The notes: generated by a model not told the origin, from the letters alone. A stretch of 64,000 bases of DNA from Pseudomonadota bacterium (GCA_026390445.1 JAPLFX010000121.1:4175-68174), one strand, 5' to 3'. Counted from the stretch's first letter, positions 46,599 through 56,923 are shown. Made by a program: numbers and translations.

Positions 46599-47250
46599 AG
46601 CGCCCCTCCAATGCCACCTTGGCGGCGCTCAGCATCTGCTCCGGACTTTGCGCCGCGTCGATGCGGATGCAGCGCTCTGGATGGGCCGCCAGCAGCTGCA
46701 AATAGCCTGCACGCATGCGCTCATGAACCGCCGCTGTCGCCAAATCATAGCGATCGACCGTGCCTACACCCGGCTCAGTCGCATGGCCCACGCCGCGTTC
46801 CTTGACCCGCGATAGGGCCAGCTCCACCGGGCAATCGAGGATAAAGGTGAGATCCGGTGCTTGCCCGCCAGTAGAAAAAGCGATCAGCGCCTCCAGCTCA
46901 GCCGCAGGCACACCACCTAACGTCCCTTGATAGACCCGCGTGGAATCGGCGAAACGATCGCAAATCACCCAGTCGCCTCGCGCTAGCGCTGGCCTGATCA
47001 GATAATGTAAGTGCTGCGACCGAGCGGCGGAGACGAGCAGCGCCTCGGTCGTCGGGATCAAGGCTTCACCTGGCGGCGGTGCGGCAAAGATGGCCCGGAT
47101 CTGGTCGGCGACGGCGGTGCCACCTGGCTCTCGGGTGGTCACAACCGTCGTTCCGAAGGCGCGGAGCATTTTGGCGAAACCAGAAGTAAAGACCGATTTA
47201 CCGGCACCTTCCCCCCCTTCGACGCTGATGAACCGGGCTGGACCAAACAT
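46585..47250 (-). CDS. tmk: dTMP (thymidylate) kinase
   Basis: FISVEGGEGAGKS P-loop and DRFADS motif. Start set at MFGPARF (47250). The upstream part of ORF 46585..47385 is probably non-coding. Confidence 0.8.
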   Translation of the reverse strand: MFGPARFISVEGGEGAGKSVFTSGFAKMLRAFGTTVVTTREPGGTAVADQIRAIFAAPPPGEALIPTTEALLVSAARSQHLHYLIRPALARGDWVICDRFADSTRVYQGTLGGVPAAELEALIAFSTGGQAPDLTFILDCPVELALSRVKERGVGHATEPGVGTVDRYDLATAAVHERMRAGYLQLLAAHPERCIRIDAAQSPEQMLSAAKVALEGRFGKH

Positions 47251-47383
47251 CCGCGAGATAAAGATAACCCCCAGAAAACCTTGACTAAACCACCAGACAT
47301 TAACAGGCCGCCCGAGCATGGTCAACTTCACTTTTGCGCCGAGCCGCCGATAGTCAGAGAGGTCAGGGTTTTTTCTCCTCCCC

Positions 47384-49213
47384 ATGACGGATGCTATGTC
47401 GGACCAGCCGCGCTACATTTTATCAAAGAAGATCGCCCGTGGCGGTATGGCTGAGATATTTCTCGGCAAGCACGTCGGCGAAGACGGCTTTCAGCGCCTT
47501 TGCGCCATTAAACGCATCCTTCCCCACTACACCAACGACCAAGAATTCATCCAGATGTTTCGCGATGAAGCGCACATCTGTAAGCGCTTGCAGCACGCCA
47601 ATATCGTGCGCGTCGAGGGTTTTGAAGAGGTTGAAGGCTCGTACGCGATCATCATGGAATACGTCGACGGCGCCGACCTGCGCACGCTGCTGCACGCCGT
47701 CGAACAAGCGAAGCGGCGGTTACCGATCCCGATGGCCTGCTTTGTCATCGCCGAAGCCGCCCGAGGTTTGCACTACGCCCACACTAAGGTCGACGAGATC
47801 ACCCAACAAGCACTAGGCATCGTCCACCGTGATATTTCGCCACAAAACATCCTAGTGAGCTTTGAAGGCGAGATTAAAGTCACCGACTTCGGCATCGCCG
47901 ACGCCGAGAGCAAACTGACCGAGACGCGCCCGGGCATCGTCAAAGGCAAATACAGCTACATGAGTCCGGAGCAGATCAGCGCCAAGCCGGTCGACTGTCG
48001 CACCGATGTCTTCGCGCTGTCGATCGTCCTCTGGGAAATGCTGTCGATGCGCCGGCTGTTCCAAGGCGAGAACGAAGTCGACACCATTCAGCGCGTAAAA
48101 AACTGCCGCATCGATGTCGATATCCGCACCGTCAATACCGATGTCGATGAAGAGCTTGACGTCATCTTAAAAAAGGGCCTCGCTCGCGACCCGAAAAAGC
48201 GCTACCGCACGGCCGCTGATTTTGAAAAAGACCTACGCCGCTATATGAGTCGCCGCCATCCAGACTTTACTCCGGATGACCTTGGCAAGTTTCTCAAAGA
48301 GACGATGGAAAGTCGGCGCACCGAATCCGCCGCCGAAATCAAGCGGACCCTTACCGAAACCAACCTGCGTCCAGGCCGCAAGTCGAAGAGCAGCCCCGTA
48401 CAAATCCCGGCGGCTGAGACGATCGAGGCGCCACCGATGTCGCTCGCCGGACAAAGGTCGCACACCCCGACGAACAATCCCCGTGCGTTACCCGGCAACG
48501 CCCTGTCGGTGCCGGCAGCCCGCCCCGTCCAGTTTAAGCAGACCGGGCAGCGCATCAAAACACCGATACCGGTGAAGCTCAAGCGGCCGCAGCAACAGGG
48601 CAACCAGGTTGCGAAAACCCTGATGATTTTCATTCTGGTTGCAGTCGTGGGTGGCTTTGGTGGCAAGGTTGCCATGAACTTCCTCGCCCAAAGCGGTAAG
48701 CCAGCCCAGCTAACCCTGCGCACCCAACCGTCGCGCGTTCGCGTCATGGTCGATAACAAACCCGTGAACCGCGGCCGCTATGTCCACGCCTCATCGAAAA
48801 ACCCCCTGCGGCTGACCCTCCCACCCGGAGACCACGTGCTGCTGGTCACGCGCCAGGGGTACTCACCCGTACGCTACGAATTCACCCTAGAAGACGGCGA
48901 GAAGGAGATCAAAGACGACATCGTCCTCAAGGAAAAAACCCCCCTTGCGGCACTCAAAGTGCGGCTAAGAACCACGGAAAAGGGGGCTAGGCTCGACATT
49001 GACGACGGCTACTTTGTCGCCAAAATAGGCGCCGGCCAGTCGACGGCCGTGGCGCCGGACGTCTTGCAAAACAAAGCCTACAAGATGCAGATCGTGCCGG
49101 ACGACGATAAAGAGTTCTTCTGCCACTTCGCGGCTAAGTCGCTGTCCTGGCGCACGCCGACCGAGCTCATCATCGACACCAAGGCACGCAAGTGCTCGGT
49201 GACCGGCTCATGA
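47384..49213 (+). CDS. Hanks-type Ser/Thr protein kinase with TM segment and C-terminal PEGA-like domain
   Basis: Motifs GGMAEIFLG, AIKRI, HRDISPQNILV, DFGIA and SPEQ. Hydrophobic segment LMIFILVAVVGGFGG. The C-terminal TRQGYSP is PEGA-like. Confidence 0.85.
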   Translation: MTDAMSDQPRYILSKKIARGGMAEIFLGKHVGEDGFQRLCAIKRILPHYTNDQEFIQMFRDEAHICKRLQHANIVRVEGFEEVEGSYAIIMEYVDGADLRTLLHAVEQAKRRLPIPMACFVIAEAARGLHYAHTKVDEITQQALGIVHRDISPQNILVSFEGEIKVTDFGIADAESKLTETRPGIVKGKYSYMSPEQISAKPVDCRTDVFALSIVLWEMLSMRRLFQGENEVDTIQRVKNCRIDVDIRTVNTDVDEELDVILKKGLARDPKKRYRTAADFEKDLRRYMSRRHPDFTPDDLGKFLKETMESRRTESAAEIKRTLTETNLRPGRKSKSSPVQIPAAETIEAPPMSLAGQRSHTPTNNPRALPGNALSVPAARPVQFKQTGQRIKTPIPVKLKRPQQQGNQVAKTLMIFILVAVVGGFGGKVAMNFLAQSGKPAQLTLRTQPSRVRVMVDNKPVNRGRYVHASSKNPLRLTLPPGDHVLLVTRQGYSPVRYEFTLEDGEKEIKDDIVLKEKTPLAALKVRLRTTEKGARLDIDDGYFVAKIGAGQSTAVAPDVLQNKAYKMQIVPDDDKEFFCHFAAKSLSWRTPTELIIDTKARKCSVTGS

Positions 49214-49228
49214 GGGGGTGGTAACGCC

Positions 49229-49864
49229 ATGGGTCGCCACCCTTATCGTGAACCTCTCATATGGATGACCATCTGCGTCTGGAGCGCCGTCGGCATTTTG
49301 AGCGTCAGTCGCTTCAAATTCGCTGCTCGCTCGGCGCCGATGACCATTCAGTTGGCGACCAAACCGCCGACCATTCGCCTGAGTTTAGATAGTGAACGCT
49401 ATGCCAATGGCGGCTACCTGGACACCCCGATCAAGCTCCAACTCAAAGCCGGCCGGCATCAGATGAAAATCGCCCGCGACGGCTATGTCGCGCATATTGT
49501 CACCATCGAGGGTCTCAGCGGCGACTCCTTCCATATGGAGGATGTGGTGTTGGCGCGCAATCCGGCGACCCCGATGGCGACTGTCCAGATCGTGTCCGAA
49601 GAAGTCACTGCCAATTTCGACATCGACGACGGGCTGGTGCAGGCGGAAACCCCGTTCACCGCATTTGATATCACCGCCGATCAGATCCACCAGCTGACCA
49701 TCTACCCCAAATGGCCGAACAAAGACATGCGCCAGCGCTGCCGCTTTACGCCGTCCATCGATGAAAATGATCCGACGGCGCCGTACAAGCTGCGACTGCG
49801 CGTGAAAAACGGCAAGTTCAAGGTGTATGGATGCGACGGCTCAAGGCCAAGTCACCACCATTGA
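49229..49864 (+). CDS. PEGA domain-containing membrane protein
   Basis: N-terminal hydrophobic segment, then the PEGA-like block IARDGYVAHIVTIEG. Begins 15 nt after the kinase gene. Confidence 0.5.
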   Translation: MGRHPYREPLIWMTICVWSAVGILSVSRFKFAARSAPMTIQLATKPPTIRLSLDSERYANGGYLDTPIKLQLKAGRHQMKIARDGYVAHIVTIEGLSGDSFHMEDVVLARNPATPMATVQIVSEEVTANFDIDDGLVQAETPFTAFDITADQIHQLTIYPKWPNKDMRQRCRFTPSIDENDPTAPYKLRLRVKNGKFKVYGCDGSRPSHHH

Positions 49865-50023
49865 GGCGTTGACTGGAATCAGGCCGCTACCAGAGCGGTC
49901 GTGGACCATTGAAGTGCCATCCTCAAACCGCTCGAACGGGCTTTGCTTTCTCGATGCGCTCCACTATGGTGGCGCCTGCCGAGGAACTGCCGCAGGGCCA
50001 ATCGCACAGAACAGACCACACTA

Positions 50024-50839
50024 ATGTCCCCATTAATCACCCTTCGCGAGCATCAAGCCCTGGCGTCCGCCCGCAACGCTGGCCTGGATGCCCTCGAATT
50101 ATCGCTCGATTTGGACAAGTCGCGGACGACGGTAGCCCTCACCGCGGACACTTGGTCGCACGCCGGAATTCCCTACCCCTATCTAGAAACCTGCAAGGAC
50201 CACACGATCTACCATTGGCACGACGATGCCTTTCAGGTGGTCTCGCGCTTTCACAAAGGCCTGATTAAGTTAGTCCCAACCCCCTGGGGGCCGCCGACCT
50301 TTCATATCGATGGCGTCAAGATGCTGCCGACGGCCCACGTCTGTCCCTACGCCGATGCGGAGCGCAAGGTCGGACTTATCGCCCCTAAGGGCAAACAGAT
50401 TCTCGATACCTGTGGCGGGCTCGGCTATTTTGCTGACTGGTGCGTCAAAGGCGGCGCTAAACACATCGCCTCCACCGAGAAAAACCCGAATGTGATCTGG
50501 CTGCGTTCGGTCAATCCGTGGTCACCCCAGGCGGTGGCACCGCTTGAGCTACGCCAGGGCGATATCGCCGTGGATATCGCTGCCATCGCCAGCAATTCCT
50601 TCGACGCGGCGCTGCATGATCCACCGCGTTTTGCCCTCGCCGGAGAGCTTTACTCGCAGGTGTTCTACGATCATCTGGCGCGAGTGCTGCGGCGCAAGGG
50701 GGTGTTGTTCCACTACACCGGCTCGCCGAATAAATTGACTAGCAACCGGGATGTGCCCAACGAGGTTGCCCAGCGCCTGAAGCGCTCGGGATTCACCGTG
50801 TCGTTGGTGTTGGATGGCGTGTTTGGGGTAAAGAGCTAA
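50024..50839 (+). CDS. class I SAM-dependent methyltransferase (RNA N-methyltransferase-like)
   Basis: SAM motif ILDTCGGLGYFA and catalytic-like HDPPRF, compare the (D/N)PP(F/Y) motif. Start at MSPLITL (50024). Confidence 0.55.
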   Translation: MSPLITLREHQALASARNAGLDALELSLDLDKSRTTVALTADTWSHAGIPYPYLETCKDHTIYHWHDDAFQVVSRFHKGLIKLVPTPWGPPTFHIDGVKMLPTAHVCPYADAERKVGLIAPKGKQILDTCGGLGYFADWCVKGGAKHIASTEKNPNVIWLRSVNPWSPQAVAPLELRQGDIAVDIAAIASNSFDAALHDPPRFALAGELYSQVFYDHLARVLRRKGVLFHYTGSPNKLTSNRDVPNEVAQRLKRSGFTVSLVLDGVFGVKS

Positions 50840-50961
50840 GCGGACCCTGGATGTCGTAGTCGTGGCAACTCAGGCCTGCGACTGACCCATCCTTGACGAA
50901 GTCCGGCCAAGACCGTTAGGGTACGCAACGCAAGCCAACATCGCCGCAACGAGGCGCCGCA

Positions 50962-52728
50962 TTGAGCATTCACTACCGCGAACAGGGCAGCGCCCTCATC
51001 GTCTTGGGTAATACTTACCCCTACCGCGACCAATTAAAGGCGATGGGTGCCCGCTTCAACGGCGCCGACAAGCACTGGCGGCTGCCGATATCGGCTGAAA
51101 CATTAAGACAAATCGATGAGTTATGTGTGGCAAGTGGCGGCGGCAGCCTAGACTCCGGCGGCGCTGCCGAGGCGCTGACGGCCTTTCCCAGTCGGCCGCC
51201 GCTGACGATGCAGACCAGCACCCCGAGTCTTTACACTGGACCCGTTCCCGGGGTGGATGGAGTGGACGGTGCTGCGACCGAGCTACAGCTAAGCTCAGGC
51301 CCAACCAGCCTGAGTACCATCCAGGACCAGGCCAGCCCAAGCTTAACCATCCGCCAGCTGATGGAGCGACTTGAGCGGGCCATGAGTATCGCCTTTCCCC
51401 AGGCTCTGTGGGTCACCGGGGAGGTGCAAAATCTCAGCCGCAAGGCTTCGGGGGTCTTCTTCGATCTCGCCGAGGGACGCGGCGAAGGTCACGCCAACGC
51501 CACGATCACGGTGCGTGCCATCATCTGGCAAGGCGTGCTGAAGGGCGTGGCGACGCTGCGCGGCCCAGACGTCATCAGCGACGTCCTCCAGGACGGGATG
51601 AAAATCCGCTGCCTTTGCCAGGTACAGCTCTACAAAGATCGCGGCAGCGTCTCACTCCTGGTGACCGATATCGACCCCAGCTACACCAAAGGCGCCTTGG
51701 CCCTGGCCCGCGAGAAGCTGCTCAAGGAGCTGCGCGCCAAGGGCCTGGATCAAGCCAACAAGCGCCTCGACATGCCGCGCTTTCCGCTGCGCCTTGGCTT
51801 GATCAGCGCCGATGCCTCACGGGCAAAGTCAGACTTTCTCGACCAGTTGCACAGCCTGAATTATCCGGGCGAGGTACTGTTTTGTTCCTGCGTCATGCAG
51901 GGTGAACAGGTCCCCAAGCAGGTGGTGGCGGCCCTGACCGCCTTGCAAGCACGCGGCTGCGACCTCATCGTCTTGACCCGCGGTGGCGGCAGCGCAGCTG
52001 ATCTACGCTGGTTTGATGCCGCCGAAATCGCCTACGCCATCGCCGGCGCCAAGGTACCGATCATCGCCGCGATCGGTCACCATGACGACGTCTGTGTGGC
52101 CGAGGAAGTGTGCCACCTGCGGCAAAAAACCCCGACAGCGGCCGCCGACTACGTCATCAGTCTGATCCAGGGTACGCGCGACTGCATCGACGCTTTGGCC
52201 CATGAGCTGGCCAAGTCGCTCGACGGCCAAGTCGATGCCTTTCAGCGCCGCCTCGCTAGCGTTGGCGAACGCTTAAGCGTGACCGCCACCCTTTCGCTTG
52301 AAGCGCGTTCCAGCCTGCTGTCACAGCGGGTTCATCAACTCCAGCGCAGTAGTTTAGAGCGCCTGGAAAGTCGCAACCAGATTTTGGTCCAGCGCAGCCA
52401 CGCCCTGTCGCGCCACGGCGAAGGGCAGGTAAACCGTCTAAGCAGTCAGCTCGCTGAGGTGCGCAACAAGCTTGAGCGCAGCACCGAGCGCACCTTGACA
52501 GCCAAAGCGACGCAGATCCTAGCGCTCGAGAGCCAGCTCGGTCGCCTTGATCCCAGCGGCTGGCTGGCTCAGGGCTGGACTCAACTCAGCAATGCCACGG
52601 GCCGCGTTCGATCAGTCGCCCAAGCCGTGCTTGGGGGACCGTTGAAAGCCCGCCTCTTGGACGGCTGGCTAGGCCTTGAAGTCACCCACATACAACCCGA
52701 CATCCAAGCAGAGGAAGCCCATGACTGA
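50962..52728 (+). CDS. xseA: exodeoxyribonuclease VII large subunit with a ~125-aa N-terminal extension
   Basis: OB-fold start LWVTGEVQNLSRKASGVFFDLAE at about aa 150, then RGGGS, a long C-terminal coiled region and an overlapping xseB. TTG start. Confidence 0.8.
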   Translation: MSIHYREQGSALIVLGNTYPYRDQLKAMGARFNGADKHWRLPISAETLRQIDELCVASGGGSLDSGGAAEALTAFPSRPPLTMQTSTPSLYTGPVPGVDGVDGAATELQLSSGPTSLSTIQDQASPSLTIRQLMERLERAMSIAFPQALWVTGEVQNLSRKASGVFFDLAEGRGEGHANATITVRAIIWQGVLKGVATLRGPDVISDVLQDGMKIRCLCQVQLYKDRGSVSLLVTDIDPSYTKGALALAREKLLKELRAKGLDQANKRLDMPRFPLRLGLISADASRAKSDFLDQLHSLNYPGEVLFCSCVMQGEQVPKQVVAALTALQARGCDLIVLTRGGGSAADLRWFDAAEIAYAIAGAKVPIIAAIGHHDDVCVAEEVCHLRQKTPTAAADYVISLIQGTRDCIDALAHELAKSLDGQVDAFQRRLASVGERLSVTATLSLEARSSLLSQRVHQLQRSSLERLESRNQILVQRSHALSRHGEGQVNRLSSQLAEVRNKLERSTERTLTAKATQILALESQLGRLDPSGWLAQGWTQLSNATGRVRSVAQAVLGGPLKARLLDGWLGLEVTHIQPDIQAEEAHD

Positions 52729-52957
52729 ATCTAAGAAAAAGGGTCCCCAAGGTCACGAACCAGCCGCCGAATCCGCCACCTACAAGGCCATGCTCGGCGA
52801 GGTCGAGGCCATCGTGCGCGACGTGGCCGCCCCAGAGGTCGACCTCGATGAGATGGTGAGTAAGATCGAACGCGGCTACCACCTGATCAAGGCGATGCGC
52901 ACCAGACTCGACACCACCAAACAGAAAGTCGAACAGCTGCGCTTAGACTTCGAATAA
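52721..52957 (+). CDS. xseB: exodeoxyribonuclease VII small subunit
   Basis: About 78 aa. The ATG at 52721 overlaps the xseA stop by 8 nt. Helical pattern LGEVEAIVRDV ... LDEMVSKIERGYHLIKAMRTRL. Confidence 0.75.
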   Translation: MTESKKKGPQGHEPAAESATYKAMLGEVEAIVRDVAAPEVDLDEMVSKIERGYHLIKAMRTRLDTTKQKVEQLRLDFE

Positions 52958-52964
52958 AGGTCGG

Positions 52965-54740
52965 TCAAAACTTTTTGTCCAAGCCGATTTGCAGCGTGAA
53001 GGTCGTACTGACTTCGGCGCTGGCCTGCTGAAAGGCCGTCGCATAGGCTGGATCCAGGCCGCTAAAGCTAAAACTGGTGTAGCGATAAGACATCACCCCA
53101 AAGCACCAGTCCACCGGTTTGAGCTCGGCCTGGCCGAGAACGCTGTAGGAGTTTGCCTGCGACGCGGTGGCTTTGACACTAGGAGTGCCTTTAGCGCCGC
53201 TAGGGTCAGGGACTGCCGCATTGTACTGCGACGAGATTTGATAGGAAGCTGCCGCCGTGAGCTTTAACCCAAGCTTCATCGTATCGGTCGCGACCAAGTC
53301 CACCCTGGTGTGCGCGGTGTCCCCACCCATGTAGTAGCCATTGTTTGGCTGATAGGCAGTATAGTTAACCTTGCCTTGAAGGCTGTAGGCGTCCCAGTTG
53401 CGCAGCACGTCGAGGTTCGCAGCCAGGGCCGACCCGGTAAAACTGTTGTACACCTGATCATCGCTGTTGGACAGGGACACCGGTCCGGCTGGCGGCGCTT
53501 TATGCATCGTCACATAGACATCGGACAAGCGCAGCGTGGTCGCCAGAATCTTATCGCCGTAGGTGGCGCCAGCGTAGATTTCATTAAACATGATCGATTT
53601 ACCAAAGTCGATATCAGGCAATGCCTCGAGGATCTTGTCACCACCCATAAGCAATACCGTGGGCCTGAGCGCGTAGCCGCCTTTGCCCTCCAGCGACAGC
53701 AAAAACACATGGGTGGATCCAGGTGGCACCGGCGATGATTGACTAAAAATCGTCCCGGGCTGCGAGCTTTGCGTGACATAACTCTCATTGGTGCCGTTGG
53801 TCTGACCCCAGTCTTGGGCGGTGAACACCTCGACGGATCCGTACGACTGGAAGCCCCCGGGCGTAGTCGGCGGCAGGTCGTAGCGACCACCCAACCTTAG
53901 CGAGATGTTCTCGTTGAGTGTCTGGCTGTTGCCGGTTTTAAAGCCAAAGTAATTGGCGGTCTTGTTGCGCTGCTTTAGATATAGCCCTGGCTCAATAAAA
54001 GTCGAGACACCGACCTCCCCCTTGTCGGTGGCCGCCGCAGCGGGCGGGGGTGGGCCTACGGTGCCGACGGCGGGTTGCGGCGGCGCCGCCTCACCAGTCG
54101 CTGGAAAACCATAAAAAGCCGGCGGCACGGTCGCGACCGGAGGCCCCGCCAGCGGCGCACCCGGAGGCGGCGCCTGACAGGTGCGCGGATCGGCTTTGGC
54201 CAGCGCCTTTCGTCGCGCGGCTTCGAGCTTAGGCGGCAAATCCCTGGCCTTACCTAGCAAAACCTCGGCCTTCTGGCATTCATAAGCATTCAAGGCACAG
54301 ATGCCCAGGTAAAAATAGGCGAGGTTGATTTCCTGACTCTTGGCCGCGACTTTGTTGAAGCCGCGGACGGCTCGAGCGCAATCTTTCATGGTAAAGAAAC
54401 TGACGCCGTATTCGTAGGCGTTATCCGTGGTCACGACGCTCGGCGGCAAGCGTCGGTATTGCAGTGCCGCCTTATTAAATTGCCCCATGCCGTAGTACAG
54501 GTGAGCCAGCAGCAAGCGACTGGGTTCATGGTCGGGATAGCGTTTGAGAAGGCGACCGAGGATCTGCACCGCCGCCTTGGCGCGACCGCTTTCGGCTGCC
54601 CGCTGCGCTTTGGCAAAGCCCTGGCCCACCGTTTCGGCCCGCGCCGGCAACGGGCAAAACGCCGCGTAGCCGAGCCACCCTATGATGGAGACGGCGCGAC
54701 AAAAAGCGGCGGCGCGGCATGTGGAAGTCAATGTGATCAC
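52965..54740 (-). CDS. outer-membrane protein: N-terminal TPR repeats, Pro-rich linker, beta-rich C-terminal domain
   Basis: Signal peptide, TPR-like helices and a PPPGAPLAGPP-type linker. The C-terminal half has alternating aromatic/polar residues and ends in ...GLDKKF (terminal Phe as in OMP barrels). Confidence 0.5.
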   Translation of the reverse strand: MITLTSTCRAAAFCRAVSIIGWLGYAAFCPLPARAETVGQGFAKAQRAAESGRAKAAVQILGRLLKRYPDHEPSRLLLAHLYYGMGQFNKAALQYRRLPPSVVTTDNAYEYGVSFFTMKDCARAVRGFNKVAAKSQEINLAYFYLGICALNAYECQKAEVLLGKARDLPPKLEAARRKALAKADPRTCQAPPPGAPLAGPPVATVPPAFYGFPATGEAAPPQPAVGTVGPPPPAAAATDKGEVGVSTFIEPGLYLKQRNKTANYFGFKTGNSQTLNENISLRLGGRYDLPPTTPGGFQSYGSVEVFTAQDWGQTNGTNESYVTQSSQPGTIFSQSSPVPPGSTHVFLLSLEGKGGYALRPTVLLMGGDKILEALPDIDFGKSIMFNEIYAGATYGDKILATTLRLSDVYVTMHKAPPAGPVSLSNSDDQVYNSFTGSALAANLDVLRNWDAYSLQGKVNYTAYQPNNGYYMGGDTAHTRVDLVATDTMKLGLKLTAAASYQISSQYNAAVPDPSGAKGTPSVKATASQANSYSVLGQAELKPVDWCFGVMSYRYTSFSFSGLDPAYATAFQQASAEVSTTFTLQIGLDKKF

Positions 54741-54824
54741 GATACTTTTCTAAACGAAAGGGACGAGAGGAACGAGGGGGACGACTGGGGAGAACCTAAC
54801 CAACCAACCAACCAGGGCGGGAAA

Positions 54825-56195
54825 CTAATGCGACAGTCTGACGGTGGGAAATTCGCTTTGGGCTTTTTCGATCGCTTTTTCTGTTGGCAAACCGGCACGT
54901 GCCAAGGACACGAAGAGGCGTGCTTCAGGGCGGTAATCAAAGCGCGTGAAATGATCTTCAGGATTCATCTTCTCGCCTTGCTGCAGCAGCTGACCAACGA
55001 GGTCAGCAGGCAGGTTGCCGCGAGTTGCCGAGGCCAAACGCAGCATGTTCCAGCCATAGCGCTCCTCGCTATAGGCGAGCAAAGGCGAGGCAGCCCCAAG
55101 ATTTGAGCCACCGGTCATGGAACGCCGACAACGGCTGAGCGCTTCGAAGTCGCGCGCGGCTTCGAAGCAGGTCCACAGGCCAACACTGCTATTATCGGCA
55201 GCCAGTACCTTGGCCTCTTCGGATGGAACGGCGGCTGTGGCCGTGCCCATCGCGGCCTGCAACCAGGCTAGTCGGGCCTTCAACCGGGCGTAGCCGAGGC
55301 GATCCCGCTCTTCGATGGGCATGCTCTTGGCTAGGTCATTGCCAACTTCAGTCAGAGCTTTCTCCGCCATCCCCAAACAGGCGACGTAGTAGTTCTGCTC
55401 GCCGATCCAGCCTTTATGCTCGCGGCGTTTGATCCAATAGGGATCCCACGCGATCAGCCGTGCCCAATGCGCCCGAACCAGGCGCCGCCCCGCCAGCATG
55501 TCATTCCAATCGGCGCTGCTGGACCGCCAACGACGACGCCACATGCGCAGCGAACAATCGACCGGGGTGGACGCAGCGGCATTGCCACGTAGGTATTTGG
55601 GATCGAGACCGCTAAACTGCCCGTCGTGGGAGAAGGCGTAGAGTCGCAAGTAAGGCAACCAGGCTTCGTCGGGCGCTTGCCGTTGATTAACCTGCGCGGT
55701 CAACTCACCGGCATGCTTTTGGACGTAGCGATCAAAGCCGGCACTATCGTTGCGGTCGAGATAGTTCTGCAGATCTTGCGGCCGCACTGCGCTTTCCAAC
55801 TGGTCCTTAGCCTTAACGGCGTTCTTGGCGGTATTGGCCATATAGATCGCAGCAACGAAGGCCAATACGGCAATGACCAAAAAGACCAGGGCTAGCCGAA
55901 TCCCGTTCATCGACTTAATGGCAAGCCGTTTGGTGTCCTCGTTGATCAGCTTGCCTTCGCTGTCACTGCTGATATTCCAACCGGCTATCATGTCTTCATG
56001 GACGATTCGCGCCACTTCTGGATACTGCTTTTTGATCCGATCGAGTTGTTCAAAGGTCACCCAGGGACCGCAATGCCCAGCGACTTCATCCTGCAGGCCA
56101 AACTGCATGCGCTTATAGGCATCCTTCATCTCCGCCAAGGTCATCGGACCTGAGAAGACTTCGAGATTGCGCCGGACTAGATAAAGTTTGGCCAT
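54825..56195 (-). CDS. membrane protein with N-terminal GYF_2-like domain
   Basis: The N-terminal FSGPMTLAEMKDAYKRMQFGLQDEVAGHCGPWVTFEQL resembles GYF_2/DUF4339. One TM segment (LALVFLVIAVLAFVAAIYM). The start overlaps the PP2C stop by 1 nt (TGATG). Confidence 0.4.
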   Translation of the reverse strand: MAKLYLVRRNLEVFSGPMTLAEMKDAYKRMQFGLQDEVAGHCGPWVTFEQLDRIKKQYPEVARIVHEDMIAGWNISSDSEGKLINEDTKRLAIKSMNGIRLALVFLVIAVLAFVAAIYMANTAKNAVKAKDQLESAVRPQDLQNYLDRNDSAGFDRYVQKHAGELTAQVNQRQAPDEAWLPYLRLYAFSHDGQFSGLDPKYLRGNAAASTPVDCSLRMWRRRWRSSSADWNDMLAGRRLVRAHWARLIAWDPYWIKRREHKGWIGEQNYYVACLGMAEKALTEVGNDLAKSMPIEERDRLGYARLKARLAWLQAAMGTATAAVPSEEAKVLAADNSSVGLWTCFEAARDFEALSRCRRSMTGGSNLGAASPLLAYSEERYGWNMLRLASATRGNLPADLVGQLLQQGEKMNPEDHFTRFDYRPEARLFVSLARAGLPTEKAIEKAQSEFPTVRLSH

Positions 56196-56923
56196 CAGCC
56201 TCTCACGTGTGACAGAAGAACAGTGATATTGTCTCTACCACCCGCGGCGTTGGCCGCATCGATCAGCAACTTCGGCAAGGACTCGAACTGATCGAGATTT
56301 TCGGTGATGATCTGGGCGATACGCCGATCTTCCACCATCCCCGTGAGCCCATCCGAACAGGTTAAAAACAGCTGCCCTGGTTTAAGGGCAATCTCGTAGA
56401 TATCAACGTCTATCCGCTCACCCAGGCCGAGGGCGCGAACCAAAGCCCCCTCCTTCGCGCCCGGCTGGACGGCCGACTTCGGTAGCCAACCGCGCTCCAG
56501 AAAATTGCCAACACTATGGTCGAGCGTCAATTGAAACAAATGCTTCTTATAGTAAAGATAAGTGCGACTGTCGCCGACGTGGGCAATATGCAGCTTTTCG
56601 CCGACGAACATCAGGCAATTGAGCGTGGTCCCCATGCCCAGGATCTCTTGCTCCTTGCGACCGCGCTCGAGAATCTCGGAGTTCATCTTGTCGACGGCGC
56701 TGACGAGGAAGGGCCCAACCTCTTCATGGCGAATCCGGTCGCTATTCATGAAGGCCTTGCGCAGGCCATTAACGGCTAAGCTCGAAGCGATCTCACCACC
56801 TTTGCGGCCGCCAATACCATCCGCGACGATGCCAAAGTTTGATAGCTCGTCGTAGTAGAGACTGTCCTGATTGCTTTTGCGCCGCCGGCCTACGTCCGTT
56901 GCGCCTATCATTCGCACCTGCAC
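56195..56923 (-). CDS. PP2C-family Ser/Thr protein phosphatase
   Basis: Motifs TDVGRRRKSNQD, ADGIGG, HVGDSR, CSDGL and GGRDNITV. Confidence 0.85.
   Translation of the reverse strand: MQVRMIGATDVGRRRKSNQDSLYYDELSNFGIVADGIGGRKGGEIASSLAVNGLRKAFMNSDRIRHEEVGPFLVSAVDKMNSEILERGRKEQEILGMGTTLNCLMFVGEKLHIAHVGDSRTYLYYKKHLFQLTLDHSVGNFLERGWLPKSAVQPGAKEGALVRALGLGERIDVDIYEIALKPGQLFLTCSDGLTGMVEDRRIAQIITENLDQFESLPKLLIDAANAAGGRDNITVLLSHVRG

Noticed and set aside
46585-47385. The full 266-aa version of the tmk ORF, which would overlap the kinase gene start
   Set aside because: The Tmk P-loop begins right after Met46 (MFGPARFISVEGGEGAGKS). The N-terminal 45 codons have no homology pattern and would abolish the divergent promoter region.
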